Assembly: GCA_036845085.1 (NCBI GenBank) | Contig: DAIUEN010000001.1 | Span: 3,173-35,172, forward strand | DNA length: 32,000 bases | Source of the DNA: Candidatus Nanopusillus sp. | GTDB lineage: Archaea > Nanobdellota > Nanobdellia > Nanobdellales > Nanobdellaceae | Reading direction: 5' to 3' | Part shown: one piece after another, positions 23,896-32,000 of the stretch | How positions within the stretch are numbered: position 1 is the first letter of the stretch | Layout: each line of letters starts with the position of its first letter | Notes under the pieces: generated by a model | Told to the model about the DNA's origin: nothing | The model's database searches: none | What the model saw: only the letters and a program-made list of their open reading frames with translations | Translations under genes and position numbers: made by a program

Positions 23896-24219
23896 ATGAT
23901 AATTGTAATAACATTTGTACCTAAGGGCAAAGGTGAGACAATTTCTAAAGAGCTGTTGAATAAGAGATATGCTGTAAGTATTAGCATTAAAGAAGTAAAA
24001 ACCTACAAAATAGAAAATGAAAATATAAAAGAATATGAAGAAGAGATGTTAATAATAAGGACTAGAAAAGAACTTTTTGATAGAATAAAAGATTATTTGA
24101 GTGAAAAAAATTTTTATAATATACCAGAAATATTAGAAATTAAAGTTTCAGACTATAATAATGAATTTTACAATATATTAGAAAGAGAAACTTCTATAAA
24201 AAAGATAAGAAATGTATGA
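23896..24219 (+). CDS. cutA: CutA1-like divalent-cation tolerance protein
   Basis: 107 aa. The pattern MIIVITFVP...E.ISKELL...AVSISI...EEEMLIIRTRKELFDRIKDYLSEKNFYNIPEILEIKV follows the CutA ferredoxin-like layout, though it is divergent. Confidence 0.5.
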   Translation: MIIVITFVPKGKGETISKELLNKRYAVSISIKEVKTYKIENENIKEYEEEMLIIRTRKELFDRIKDYLSEKNFYNIPEILEIKVSDYNNEFYNILERETSIKKIRNV

Positions 24220-25096
24220 AGAAATAAAAAAGGCCGCAAATATAGCAAAAAAAGTTAGGATTTTTTCTGAAAAATTATTAAAGCCAGAAGAAAGCCTTTT
24301 GAATATAGCTGAGCAAATAGAGCAAAAAATAATTGATCTTGGTGGTCTTCCAGCATTTCCTGTAAATATTTCTATAAATAATATTGCTGCACATTATACT
24401 CCAACATTTGATGATAAAAGTATACTAAAAGAAGGAGATGTAGTAAAAGTAGATTTTGGTGTACAATTTGATGGTTATATAATAGATACAGCATATACTG
24501 TTGAAATAAATGATAATAAATATGAAAATCTGATAAAAGCTTCTAAAGAAGCTTTGGAAAATGTTAGGAAGAATATAAGAAGAGATATGACTTTGGGAAA
24601 AATTGGTAGTATAATAGAAAATACAATAAAGTCTTATGGATATAACCCCATATATAATTTATCTGGACATAGAATAGATAGGTATATATTACATGCTGGA
24701 GAAAATGTACCAAACTATAATAATGGGTCTGATATAAAACTTTCTAGGGGTTTATATGCAATAGAACCTTTTGCCACCAATGGTAGTGGTTATGTAAAAG
24801 ATGGAGAACCATCAACTATATACATATTTATTAATATAAAACCGATAAGAGATCCTTCTATACGTAAATTTATGGAAGAGTTGTTCAACAAATACAAAAC
24901 CTTACCATTTTGTTATAGGTGGTTATACAAAGAGTATGGAAATAAAGTTAATGTTAAATTTGCTGTTGAATATCTGAAGAAGAATAAAATTATTTACGAA
25001 TACCCTGTATTGTTGGAAAATCCTGGATATGTAGTAACTCAGTTTGAAACTACCTTTTTTGTAAATGACGGGGTAGAGGACCTCATGTCGGAATAA
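24212..25096 (+). CDS. map: Methionine aminopeptidase, type 2 (archaeal)
   Basis: 294 aa. Metal-ligand motifs AAHYTP, VVKVDFGVQFDGYIIDTAYT, SGHRIDRY, YAIEPFATNGSG and TQFETTFFV. Confidence 0.9.
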   Translation: MYEEIKKAANIAKKVRIFSEKLLKPEESLLNIAEQIEQKIIDLGGLPAFPVNISINNIAAHYTPTFDDKSILKEGDVVKVDFGVQFDGYIIDTAYTVEINDNKYENLIKASKEALENVRKNIRRDMTLGKIGSIIENTIKSYGYNPIYNLSGHRIDRYILHAGENVPNYNNGSDIKLSRGLYAIEPFATNGSGYVKDGEPSTIYIFINIKPIRDPSIRKFMEELFNKYKTLPFCYRWLYKEYGNKVNVKFAVEYLKKNKIIYEYPVLLENPGYVVTQFETTFFVNDGVEDLMSE

Positions 25097-25192
25097 TATT
25101 TTGGTTTATGTTGAGATCAAATAGTATGATGAAGATCTTCCATCGAGGACAAAATAGAAAAATTTTTATATATGATTATACAATAATTATAT

Positions 25193-25420
25193 ATGGCAAA
25201 GAGGCAAACTCCATTACCAGTAGCTCCAGTATATAGAATCTTGAGAAAGGCAGGTGCTGACAGGGTAGGACAGGATGCAAAATTGGCAATGGTAGAGGTA
25301 CTATATGAAATTGCACAGAAGATCGCTAGAAGGGCGGCAGAATTAGCGAAACACTCAAAGAGGAAGACTTTACAGGAAGAAGACATAAGAATTGCAGTTC
25401 AAGAACTAAGGGGACTATAA
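25193..25420 (+). CDS. Archaeal histone (HMf/HMt family, single histone fold)
   Basis: 75 aa. LPVAPVYRILRKAGADRVGQDAKLAMVEVLYEIAQKIARRAAELAKHSKRKTLQEEDIRIAV is a canonical archaeal histone fold. The gene is visibly GC-richer than its neighbours. Confidence 0.88.
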   Translation: MAKRQTPLPVAPVYRILRKAGADRVGQDAKLAMVEVLYEIAQKIARRAAELAKHSKRKTLQEEDIRIAVQELRGL

Positions 25421-25493
25421 AAACCAATTATTTATTTTTTCAAAATATATTTTTATAATTTTTAATAAATTCTTGAAAAACTTAATATAGAAA

Positions 25494-25943
25494 CTATTTT
25501 TTAATATTATTTAGTTCTTTTATCTTTTCTAGTGCCCTTTCTGCATGTTCTTCAGGACTTTTCAAAGATTTTAATATATCAACTATATCTAAATCTTTAT
25601 TTATTATATATGTTATTCTAGCAGCTCCTTTACCTCTATCACTTTTTGCATTAAATAAATTAATAATCTTTAGATCTGGATCGGCAATTAAGGGAAATTT
25701 TGCTCCATATTTTTCTGCAAATTTTTTCTGAGTTTCTATATTATCATGAGATACACCTATTATTTCTGTATTATATTTTTTAAATTCTTCATATAATTCT
25801 ACAAATCTCTTTAATTCTCTTGTACAACCACTAGTAAAAGATTTTGGATAAAAGTATATTACTATAAAATCTTTCTCCTTTAATATATTACTTAAATTAA
25901 TTTTACCCATAGTGCTTTCTGCTTCGAAATCTTTTATCTTCAT
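25494..25943 (-). CDS. bcp: Thiol peroxidase, Bcp-type peroxiredoxin
   Basis: 149 aa. FIVIYFYPKSFTSGCTRELKRF matches the Bcp motif YFYPKxxTxGCTxE. Confidence 0.85.
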   Translation of the reverse strand: MKIKDFEAESTMGKINLSNILKEKDFIVIYFYPKSFTSGCTRELKRFVELYEEFKKYNTEIIGVSHDNIETQKKFAEKYGAKFPLIADPDLKIINLFNAKSDRGKGAARITYIINKDLDIVDILKSLKSPEEHAERALEKIKELNNIKK

Positions 25944-25993
25944 ACTAAAAAGATTTTGACAAATTTTAAAAAATATAACTATGTTATATATTA

Positions 25994-26608
25994 ATGGTGT
26001 TTATAGAGAGAAAGCCCATGTATTTTAAAAAAGAAAAGCCAGAGTTGTTTAGAATGAATGGGATTTCTCCTAGGACTGTAGAAGAGCATTTAAAACTTTA
26101 TGAAGGATATGTAGCTAAATTTAATGAAATTATGAAGAAAATAGAAGAATTATCTAATGAAGAATTAGAAAAAGCTAATCCAACATATTCTTTAATAAGA
26201 TCTCTAAAAGTTGAAATGACAAGGTCTTATGGAGGAATTATAAATCATGAAATATATTTCGGACATTTGGGTGGAAATGGTGGAAAGCCTGGGGGGAAAT
26301 TAATGGATCAAATAGAAAAAGATTTTGGATCTTACGATAGATTTTTAAAAGAATTGAAAGCTACTGCTATGGCTGCTAGGGGTTGGGCTTGGGTATTATG
26401 GTCTTATGATTTAGAAAGATTAATGATATCTATAGGAGATGAGCAAAATACATATATGTTTCAAAATAGTAGGATAATATTGGCTATCGATATGTTCGAA
26501 CATGCATACTTTATAGATTATGGAGTAAACAGAAAAGGATATATAGAAGCTTTCTTTAATAATTTAGACTGGAGTATTGTGGAGAAGAACTTTGATAAAA
26601 TAAGGTAA
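25994..26608 (+). CDS. sod: Superoxide dismutase, Fe/Mn family
   Basis: 204 aa. Ligand positions are present: EEH...YV, GGIINHEIYF and DMFEHAYFIDY (consensus DxWEHAYY). The start could be Met9. Confidence 0.85.
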   Translation: MVFIERKPMYFKKEKPELFRMNGISPRTVEEHLKLYEGYVAKFNEIMKKIEELSNEELEKANPTYSLIRSLKVEMTRSYGGIINHEIYFGHLGGNGGKPGGKLMDQIEKDFGSYDRFLKELKATAMAARGWAWVLWSYDLERLMISIGDEQNTYMFQNSRIILAIDMFEHAYFIDYGVNRKGYIEAFFNNLDWSIVEKNFDKIR

Positions 26609-26609
26609 G

Positions 26610-27110
26610 TTATATATTAATAAATTTTTTAGTTTTTTCATATTCCAATAATTTTTCTTTAAATTTTCTTCCTAATGGTGTATAATTAGATATATCATTT
26701 TCTTTAACAATTCTATGGCATGGAATTAAAATTATAAAAGGATTATTTCTTATAGCATTTAATATTTCTATCATACTATATTTTTTATTCAATTTATGAT
26801 ATAGCTGCTTATAGGTAATAGTTGCTCCATAAGGAATCTCTAATATTTTTTCATATACTTCTTTATATCTATATATATTTAATTCTATGTTAAATTTTTC
26901 TTTATTGTTTAATATTTTAACTATTTTTTCCATAAAAAATCTATCTATATTTTCATCAAAAATAAGATCTCCATTTATTCTATGAAATTTTGCAATTTTT
27001 TCCAGATTTTTTATCAATATATCAATATTTTCATTTAAAGAATAAGCCAAAATTTTACCACTAGCTATTATATATCCGGAATATAATTCGTAATCAAAAA
27101 TTTTTATCAT
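26610..27110 (-). CDS. ogt: Methylated-DNA--protein-cysteine methyltransferase (Ogt/MGMT)
   Basis: 166 aa. IPYGATITYKQL and the active-site motif IPCHRIV, followed by Y..LG. Confidence 0.85.
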   Translation of the reverse strand: MIKIFDYELYSGYIIASGKILAYSLNENIDILIKNLEKIAKFHRINGDLIFDENIDRFFMEKIVKILNNKEKFNIELNIYRYKEVYEKILEIPYGATITYKQLYHKLNKKYSMIEILNAIRNNPFIILIPCHRIVKENDISNYTPLGRKFKEKLLEYEKTKKFINI

Positions 27111-27307
27111 AAATTTATATTATAAAAAAAGTTTATATTATCCAAATATTAATTAAATTTTATGGGTTGCAAAAGAAAAAGAAAAAATGCAAATAATTAA
27201 AAAAGATTTTGGCAGCTCTGGCTAAATATAAAAATTTTATTTTATTTTTTAAATATTTTTTCGAATCTGAACGTTATCTTTATAAAGGTAATATAAAAAA
27301 TTATTAT

Positions 27308-27997
27308 ATGGACGCCGAATTTTATGAAGAACCTTTAAGAATTGGAAGCAAATTTCCAGAAATAGAAGTAGAAACGACTCATGGAAAGATAAAGCTACCA
27401 GATCATTACAAAGGAAAATGGTTTATATTATTTAGCCATCCAGCAGATTTTACTCCAGTATGTACTACAGAATTTGTAGAGTTTGCTAGGATGTATAATA
27501 AATTTAAAGAAATAGGAGTAGAATTAATAGGTTTATCTATAGATCAAACATTTTCGCATATAAAATGGATAGAATGGATAAAAGAGAAGTTAGGAGTGGA
27601 TATTCCATTTCCAATAATTGCTGATCACATTGGAACATTAGCAGACTTGTTAGGAATGTTGCCTGAAAATGGATCTACATCTACAGTAAGGGCTGTATTT
27701 GTTGTTGATCCTAATGGAGTAATAAGAGCTATTATATATTATCCAATAGAAGTTGGTAGAAATATTACAGAAATATATAGGTTAGTATTAGCATTACAAA
27801 CCTCAGATAAGTACAAAGTAGCATTACCGGCAAATTGGAATGTAGATAAATTAGAGTGGAAATCTTCATCATTAGTAGGAAATAAAGTTATACTACCACC
27901 TCCAAGAACTATTGAAAAAAAGAAAGAAATAGAAGAAAAAGCAAAGAAGAAAGAAGTAGAAATGTATGATTGGTGGTTTGTTTTCAAAGATTTATAA
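27308..27997 (+). CDS. Peroxiredoxin, Prx6-like (apparently 1-Cys)
   Basis: [19 protein letters not shown] is the peroxidatic-Cys motif, and no C-terminal resolving Cys is seen. The ORF track begins at a TTG (27209). ATG at 27308 ([13 protein letters not shown]...) gives the usual ~229-aa length. Confidence 0.88.
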   Translation: MDAEFYEEPLRIGSKFPEIEVETTHGKIKLPDHYKGKWFILFSHPADFTPVCTTEFVEFARMYNKFKEIGVELIGLSIDQTFSHIKWIEWIKEKLGVDIPFPIIADHIGTLADLLGMLPENGSTSTVRAVFVVDPNGVIRAIIYYPIEVGRNITEIYRLVLALQTSDKYKVALPANWNVDKLEWKSSSLVGNKVILPPPRTIEKKKEIEEKAKKKEVEMYDWWFVFKDL

Positions 27998-28006
27998 CTA
28001 TAAAGA

Positions 28007-29029
28007 ATGATATTTTTATTTTTTGATCCTATCTATTTAGGATTAATGATTCTTGGTTATGCGTTAATGTTCCTATTAGCTTCAACGATAGCTCCAAAAG
28101 TAGCAGCAAAATTAAGTGGAAAGTTTACATTGTATACATCTATGATATTATTGTCTATATTAATAATAGGATCATTTTCTTTAGTTATTTATCTAATATT
28201 TTATTTTGCATTTCCAGAAACCCAAATATCTATATTTGGTTTAATTGCTTTTGTTGTCTTAATGAACCTTATAACTTATTTAATATCCCCATATATGATA
28301 AAATTTATATATAGAGTAAAAGAGGATGAAGAAATACAGAAATATGTAGATGAAATAAAGGAAAAACTAGGATATAAAGGAAAAATTATAGGAGCTATAG
28401 CAGATGTTGATTTTCCAAATGCATTTGCTTTTGGTAATATATTATCTGGTAAATATGTAGCAGTAACTAGTAGCTTAAAAGAAATAATGGGTGAAGAAGA
28501 ATTAAAAGCTGTCATTGGACATGAGATAGGTCATCATATGCATAGAGATAACCTTATAATGTTATTATTTGGTATATTACCTTCAATATTATTTTATATA
28601 GGTTATTCATTGCTATTAGGTTCTAATGATAGAGAAAGAAATATTGTTTTATTAGCTTTAGGTATTTTTTCCATACTAGTATCTTTTATAATTCAAATAT
28701 TAGTACTAGCATTTAGTAGATTAAGAGAATATTATGCAGACTATGCTGGAGCTTTGGCTACAAGTAAAGAAAGTATGCAATCAGCATTAGTTAGATTATA
28801 TTTACATTACAAAGAAAAACCAATAGAAAGTGAAGAAGAATCTTATGGGCAAAATATAGCAAAAGCTTTATTTATATATGGACTAACAAACGCATTAGCA
28901 AATCCATTAGTAGATAAAGATACAATAGATAAGATAAAAGAAGAAAAGTATTCTCCAATAGAAGAGTTCTTAGCTACTCATCCTCCAATTCCTAAAAGGC
29001 TTGCTTTTTTAGATAATCTAAAAATATAG
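28007..29029 (+). CDS. htpX: Membrane zinc metalloprotease, M48 family (HtpX-like)
   Basis: 340 aa with N-terminal TM helices, PNAFAFG, HEIGHHMHRD (HExxH), a downstream EYYAD and a terminal THPPIPKRL. Confidence 0.85.
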   Translation: MIFLFFDPIYLGLMILGYALMFLLASTIAPKVAAKLSGKFTLYTSMILLSILIIGSFSLVIYLIFYFAFPETQISIFGLIAFVVLMNLITYLISPYMIKFIYRVKEDEEIQKYVDEIKEKLGYKGKIIGAIADVDFPNAFAFGNILSGKYVAVTSSLKEIMGEEELKAVIGHEIGHHMHRDNLIMLLFGILPSILFYIGYSLLLGSNDRERNIVLLALGIFSILVSFIIQILVLAFSRLREYYADYAGALATSKESMQSALVRLYLHYKEKPIESEEESYGQNIAKALFIYGLTNALANPLVDKDTIDKIKEEKYSPIEEFLATHPPIPKRLAFLDNLKI

Positions 29030-29033
29030 TTTT

Positions 29034-29723
29034 TTATATTTCTATATGTTCTCCAGGATGTAATACTATTACTTCAGAATCTTTAACTATTTCTTTTAAT
29101 TCATGTGGATTAGCTTTTATTAGGCTAAATGTATTATAATGCATTGGAATAACCTTTGATGGTTTTAATAATTCTATAGCAATTTTTGCTTGTTCTATGT
29201 CCATAGTGAATAATCCACCTATAGGTAATAAAGCAAGATCTATTTTTCCTACTATATCTCTTATTAATTTCATATCACTAAAGACCATTGTATCACCTGC
29301 ATGGTATATAGTTCTATTGTCAATTTTTATTACAAAACTACCTGGATTTCCTAAATAAATTATATTGTCTCTATCATCTATTATTGAAGATGAATGAATC
29401 GCAGGAAATAGATAAATTTCTACATCTTTATATTTATATTTCCCACCGAAATTCATTCCAATAGTATCTATTCCAAATTTAGATAAATATACTGCTATTT
29501 CATATATTGATATAACCTTCGATTTATTTTTTGTAGCAATATCTATTGTATCTCCGAGATGATCTAAATGTCCATGAGTAACTAATATTAAGTCTATATT
29601 TAGTAAATCTTCTTCTCTATACTTTGCTACAGGGTTTTCTTTTATAAATGGATCTATCAATATTTTTTCTTTATTTCCCTTTATCAAAAAGCAAGAATGT
29701 CCGATCCACTTTACAACAACCAT
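29034..29723 (-). CDS. UPF0173-type metal-dependent hydrolase (metallo-beta-lactamase fold)
   Basis: 229 aa. VKWIGHSCFLIKG...LIDPF...ILVTHGHLDHLGD...AIHSS matches the UPF0173/MBL pattern. Confidence 0.8.
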   Translation of the reverse strand: MVVVKWIGHSCFLIKGNKEKILIDPFIKENPVAKYREEDLLNIDLILVTHGHLDHLGDTIDIATKNKSKVISIYEIAVYLSKFGIDTIGMNFGGKYKYKDVEIYLFPAIHSSSIIDDRDNIIYLGNPGSFVIKIDNRTIYHAGDTMVFSDMKLIRDIVGKIDLALLPIGGLFTMDIEQAKIAIELLKPSKVIPMHYNTFSLIKANPHELKEIVKDSEVIVLHPGEHIEI

Positions 29724-29758
29724 AAAATATTTATAAAAGAAAAAATAATTTAAAGGTA

Positions 29759-31084
29759 ATGAATATTATAACAGTTTTTTCTTACATAACTTTGGTAATA
29801 ATATTTATACAGCTACTAATTTCTATGTATACATTAATATTTATTTTAAATTATAAAAAGAAAATAGAAGATATAGAAATCAAGGAATATCCAAGGGTTT
29901 CTATAATAGTTCCAGCATATAATGAAGAAGATAATATATCTGATACGTTAGAAAGATTGTCTGAACTAAATTATCCAAAAGATAAATTGGAAATAATTGT
30001 AGTAGATGACGGATCTAAGGATAATACATATAATATAGCTAAAGAATTTGAAAGGAAATATAATTTCATTAAAGTATTCAGAAAAGAAAATGGTGGAAAA
30101 GCTTCAGCATTGAATTATGGGATAAAGAAAAGCACTGGAGAATATATAGTAACTTTAGATGCAGATTCTTATCCAAAGAAAGATGTCCTAATAGAAATGA
30201 TAAAATATTTTTATATAGATCCGGATGTTTCAATTGTAGTACCATCTATACAGACAAAAGATGTAGATACAATTATAAGGAAATATCAATATGTAGACTA
30301 TGCTATATACAATTTTTCTAGGTTAGTATTAGATCAGCTAGATTCTATATATATAGTACCAGGTCCATTTTCTATATTTAAGAGAGAAGTATTTGAAAAA
30401 ATAGGATATTTTGATGAAAAAAATATTACTGAAGATATGGAAATTGCTTTAAGGGCTAGAGCACATAATTTGAAAATAAAGTATTGTCCAAATGCAATTG
30501 TTTATACTATTACTCCAAAGACCTTTAAATCTTTATTCAAACAAAGAGTTAGATGGTATTTAGGATTTATAGATAATTATTTAAATTATAGAAATAAAAT
30601 AAAAAATGAATTTTTATCTGAAGTTGCTTTGGGAATTGCAATTTTATTGAAAATTATAATACCAGTTGCTTTAGTTGTAGCTGTATATGCGTCTATTTAT
30701 AATTTCTACCAGCATTTTATGTTTTTATATGTATCAAATTTCGATTTATATACCATATATGTAAAATCTTTTATGCTTTCTGATTTTTCCAAATTTATAG
30801 AAGATATTAGATTTACTATTATTAGGCAATTTTATCTTTTTTTATTTACTTTCTTAATGTTTTCTATGTTTTTGTTGTTTATTTTAATATATAGAAGGTA
30901 TGAAAAAGACCATAAATTTTCCAATGTTTTACTTTATATATTTATCTATTTACTATTTTCTTTATATCTTAATGGAATATTTATTTTATCTTCACTATAT
31001 TATAAAATATTTGGATCTGAATTAAGATGGGGTGGAATTACCTGGAGAAATAGTCTTATAAATAGATTAAGAAATATTACATGA
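29759..31084 (+). CDS. Membrane-embedded processive family-2 glycosyltransferase (PgaC/IcaA/NodC/cellulose-synthase-like)
   Basis: 441 aa. N-terminal TM, then VSIIVPAYNEE, VVDDGSKD, GGKASALNYG, TLDADS, ITEDMEIA and QRVRWYLG (the D, D, D, QxxRW signature), followed by about 4 C-terminal TM helices. Confidence 0.85.
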   Translation: MNIITVFSYITLVIIFIQLLISMYTLIFILNYKKKIEDIEIKEYPRVSIIVPAYNEEDNISDTLERLSELNYPKDKLEIIVVDDGSKDNTYNIAKEFERKYNFIKVFRKENGGKASALNYGIKKSTGEYIVTLDADSYPKKDVLIEMIKYFYIDPDVSIVVPSIQTKDVDTIIRKYQYVDYAIYNFSRLVLDQLDSIYIVPGPFSIFKREVFEKIGYFDEKNITEDMEIALRARAHNLKIKYCPNAIVYTITPKTFKSLFKQRVRWYLGFIDNYLNYRNKIKNEFLSEVALGIAILLKIIIPVALVVAVYASIYNFYQHFMFLYVSNFDLYTIYVKSFMLSDFSKFIEDIRFTIIRQFYLFLFTFLMFSMFLLFILIYRRYEKDHKFSNVLLYIFIYLLFSLYLNGIFILSSLYYKIFGSELRWGGITWRNSLINRLRNIT

Positions 31085-31740
31085 TGGATAATAGATCTAT
31101 AATAAAATTAGCAGTAATACTTTCTGTTTTATCCTTTTCCCTTGGAGTTATGATAGGATATTCTATATATAATCATATATTAAATAAAGTATTTGAAGAT
31201 ACAAATCAAATAGATTCTTTAGTAACTTCAGCATATTTATTTTCTTTATCTAAAAATATGACGTGTGAAAAAGAATATGAAGATTTTTTAAGATATTTAA
31301 AAGAAAAAATCGCAATAGTTGGTAGGAAATTGACATATTTAGAAAGCCCAGAAAATGTATTTTATAATAAAGAAGGTGTTGAACATATAAAATCACAATA
31401 CTTTAATATACAGTATCTTCATTTTATTATGATGAATAATTATATTAAATCTTGTAACGTATCCAATTTTACTTTAATATTATATTTTTATAATAATGAT
31501 TATTGTTATGAAGAATGTAATAAACAAGGAGGAGTTTTAACAACATTATATTTGAGACATTATTATGATTTATACATATATTCTTTTGATAGTTCATATC
31601 AGAATTATTTTATACAATATTACAATGAAAAATATAATATTACAACATGGCCTTACATTATATTAATTAAGTCTGATAAAGAATATCTATTTAAAGGATT
31701 CACAGATTTAGAAACATTAGAAAAATATATGACTACTTGA
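31081..31740 (+). CDS. Membrane-anchored protein with possible thioredoxin-like domain (CYEEC motif)
   Basis: 219 aa. N-terminal TM (IIKLAVILSVLSFSLGVMIGYSIY). The C-terminal part reads FTLILYFYNNDYCYEECNKQGG...TTWPYIILIKSDKEYLFKGFTDLETLEKYM, which resembles a strand / C-x-x-x-C helix ... x-P strand ... helix Trx layout. ATGA overlap with the GT2 gene. Confidence 0.45.
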   Translation: MMDNRSIIKLAVILSVLSFSLGVMIGYSIYNHILNKVFEDTNQIDSLVTSAYLFSLSKNMTCEKEYEDFLRYLKEKIAIVGRKLTYLESPENVFYNKEGVEHIKSQYFNIQYLHFIMMNNYIKSCNVSNFTLILYFYNNDYCYEECNKQGGVLTTLYLRHYYDLYIYSFDSSYQNYFIQYYNEKYNITTWPYIILIKSDKEYLFKGFTDLETLEKYMTT

Positions 31741-32000
31741 TGATTTTATATATATACAATATACACCCCGAAGGATCTATATATGAATGTTCTAATTTAA
31801 TGTTATCTATATTTATTTTAAAAGGAATTCCGCAGTTTGGTGAATATAATAAATATTGAGGATTAACAGCTTCTACTAAATATTTGGGATTATATGCAAT
31901 ATATACATCTGCTTTAGTATAATATGCTATAGCCGACCATTCAAAATTTGTTAATATAATTGATGCATTAACACTATTTATATATTTAGAAGCATCATAT
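31733..32000 (-). CDS. Partial CDS (5' end beyond window), hypothetical protein
   Basis: Manual minus-strand translation entering from 32000 has no stop for 88 codons (...YDASKYINSVNASIILTNFEWSAIAYYTKADVYIAYNPKYLVEAVNPQYLLYSPNCGIPFKINIDNIKLEHSYIDPSGCILYIYKIIK), with TAG at 31735..31733. Absent from the ORF track because it is truncated. Overlaps the upstream convergent gene by 8 nt. Confidence 0.5.
   Translation of the reverse strand, partial: YDASKYINSVNASIILTNFEWSAIAYYTKADVYIAYNPKYLVEAVNPQYLLYSPNCGIPFKINIDNIKLEHSYIDPSGCILYIYKIIK

Noticed and set aside
23796-23987. 63-aa minus-strand ORF
   Set aside because: Spans the truA 3' end and the cutA-like 5' end on the opposite strand, with no support.
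25124-25150. AUGAUGA C-box-like heptamer upstream of the histone gene
   Set aside because: No CUGA D or D' box at the appropriate 12-nt spacing, and no second box pair. An isolated match is expected by chance.
25117-25386. 89-aa minus-strand ORF
   Set aside because: Antisense shadow of the GC-richer histone gene. The open frame results from a lack of stop codons in GC-rich sequence.
27163-27201. 12-codon mini-[15 protein letters not shown] in the ogt/prx intergenic region
   Set aside because: Too short, and plausibly a chance frame in an A-rich spacer. There is no way to support it from sequence alone.
27209-27307. TTG-initiated 33-codon extension of the peroxiredoxin ORF
   Set aside because: The extension ([33 protein letters not shown]) reads like translated AT-rich promoter sequence. 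The ATG at 27308 gives the canonical Prx length.
27739-28515. Minus-strand ORFs 27739..27987 and 28276..28515
   Set aside because: Antisense to the peroxiredoxin and HtpX-like genes, both motif-supported.
1-32000. CRISPR arrays, rRNA genes, IS elements or transposases
   Set aside because: Reading through the intergenic regions revealed no regularly spaced direct repeats, no rRNA-like GC-rich stretches beyond the single tRNA and the 17.0-kb island, and no transposase-like ORFs.

Overview
Strongly AT-rich archaeal chromosomal window. The single tRNA has almost all-G:C stems, which suggests a thermophile. Core operons are shuffled or truncated, which suggests a reduced DPANN/Nanoarchaeota-like genome; both points are inference. 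Left to right: (1) a tightly coupled minus-strand operon (1-5086) with a FlaJ/TadC-type type IV pilus platform protein, five small Cys-containing pilin-like proteins, and a pilin-like-anchored papain-family (C1) peptidase that runs off the left edge and is absent from the ORF track; (2) a DUF371 plus RimK-like ATP-grasp pair; (3) the RNA polymerase/ribosomal block rpoH-rpoB2-rpoB1-rpoA1-rpoA2-rpl30e-rps12-[membrane protein]-rps7, which lacks nusA and the elongation-factor genes; (4) a Xer-type tyrosine recombinase and an AbiEii/DUF2204-like nucleotidyltransferase at a synteny break, with a GC-rich hairpin and a C/D-box-like motif; (5) rpl10(P0)-rpl1-rpl11 on the minus strand, divergent from secE-nusG; (6) ftsZ, FKBP PPIase, tRNA-Lys(CUU), DUF72, truA, cutA-like, map, a compositionally atypical histone; (7) an antioxidant/repair cluster (bcp, sod, ogt, 1-Cys prx); (8) htpX-like M48 protease, UPF0173 MBL hydrolase, a processive family-2 glycosyltransferase translationally coupled to a membrane-anchored thioredoxin-like protein, and a partial convergent ORF at the right edge. 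No CRISPR array, rRNA or transposase was seen. The best candidate for something undescribed is the ATPase-less pilus-like operon ending in a pilin-anchored cysteine protease.
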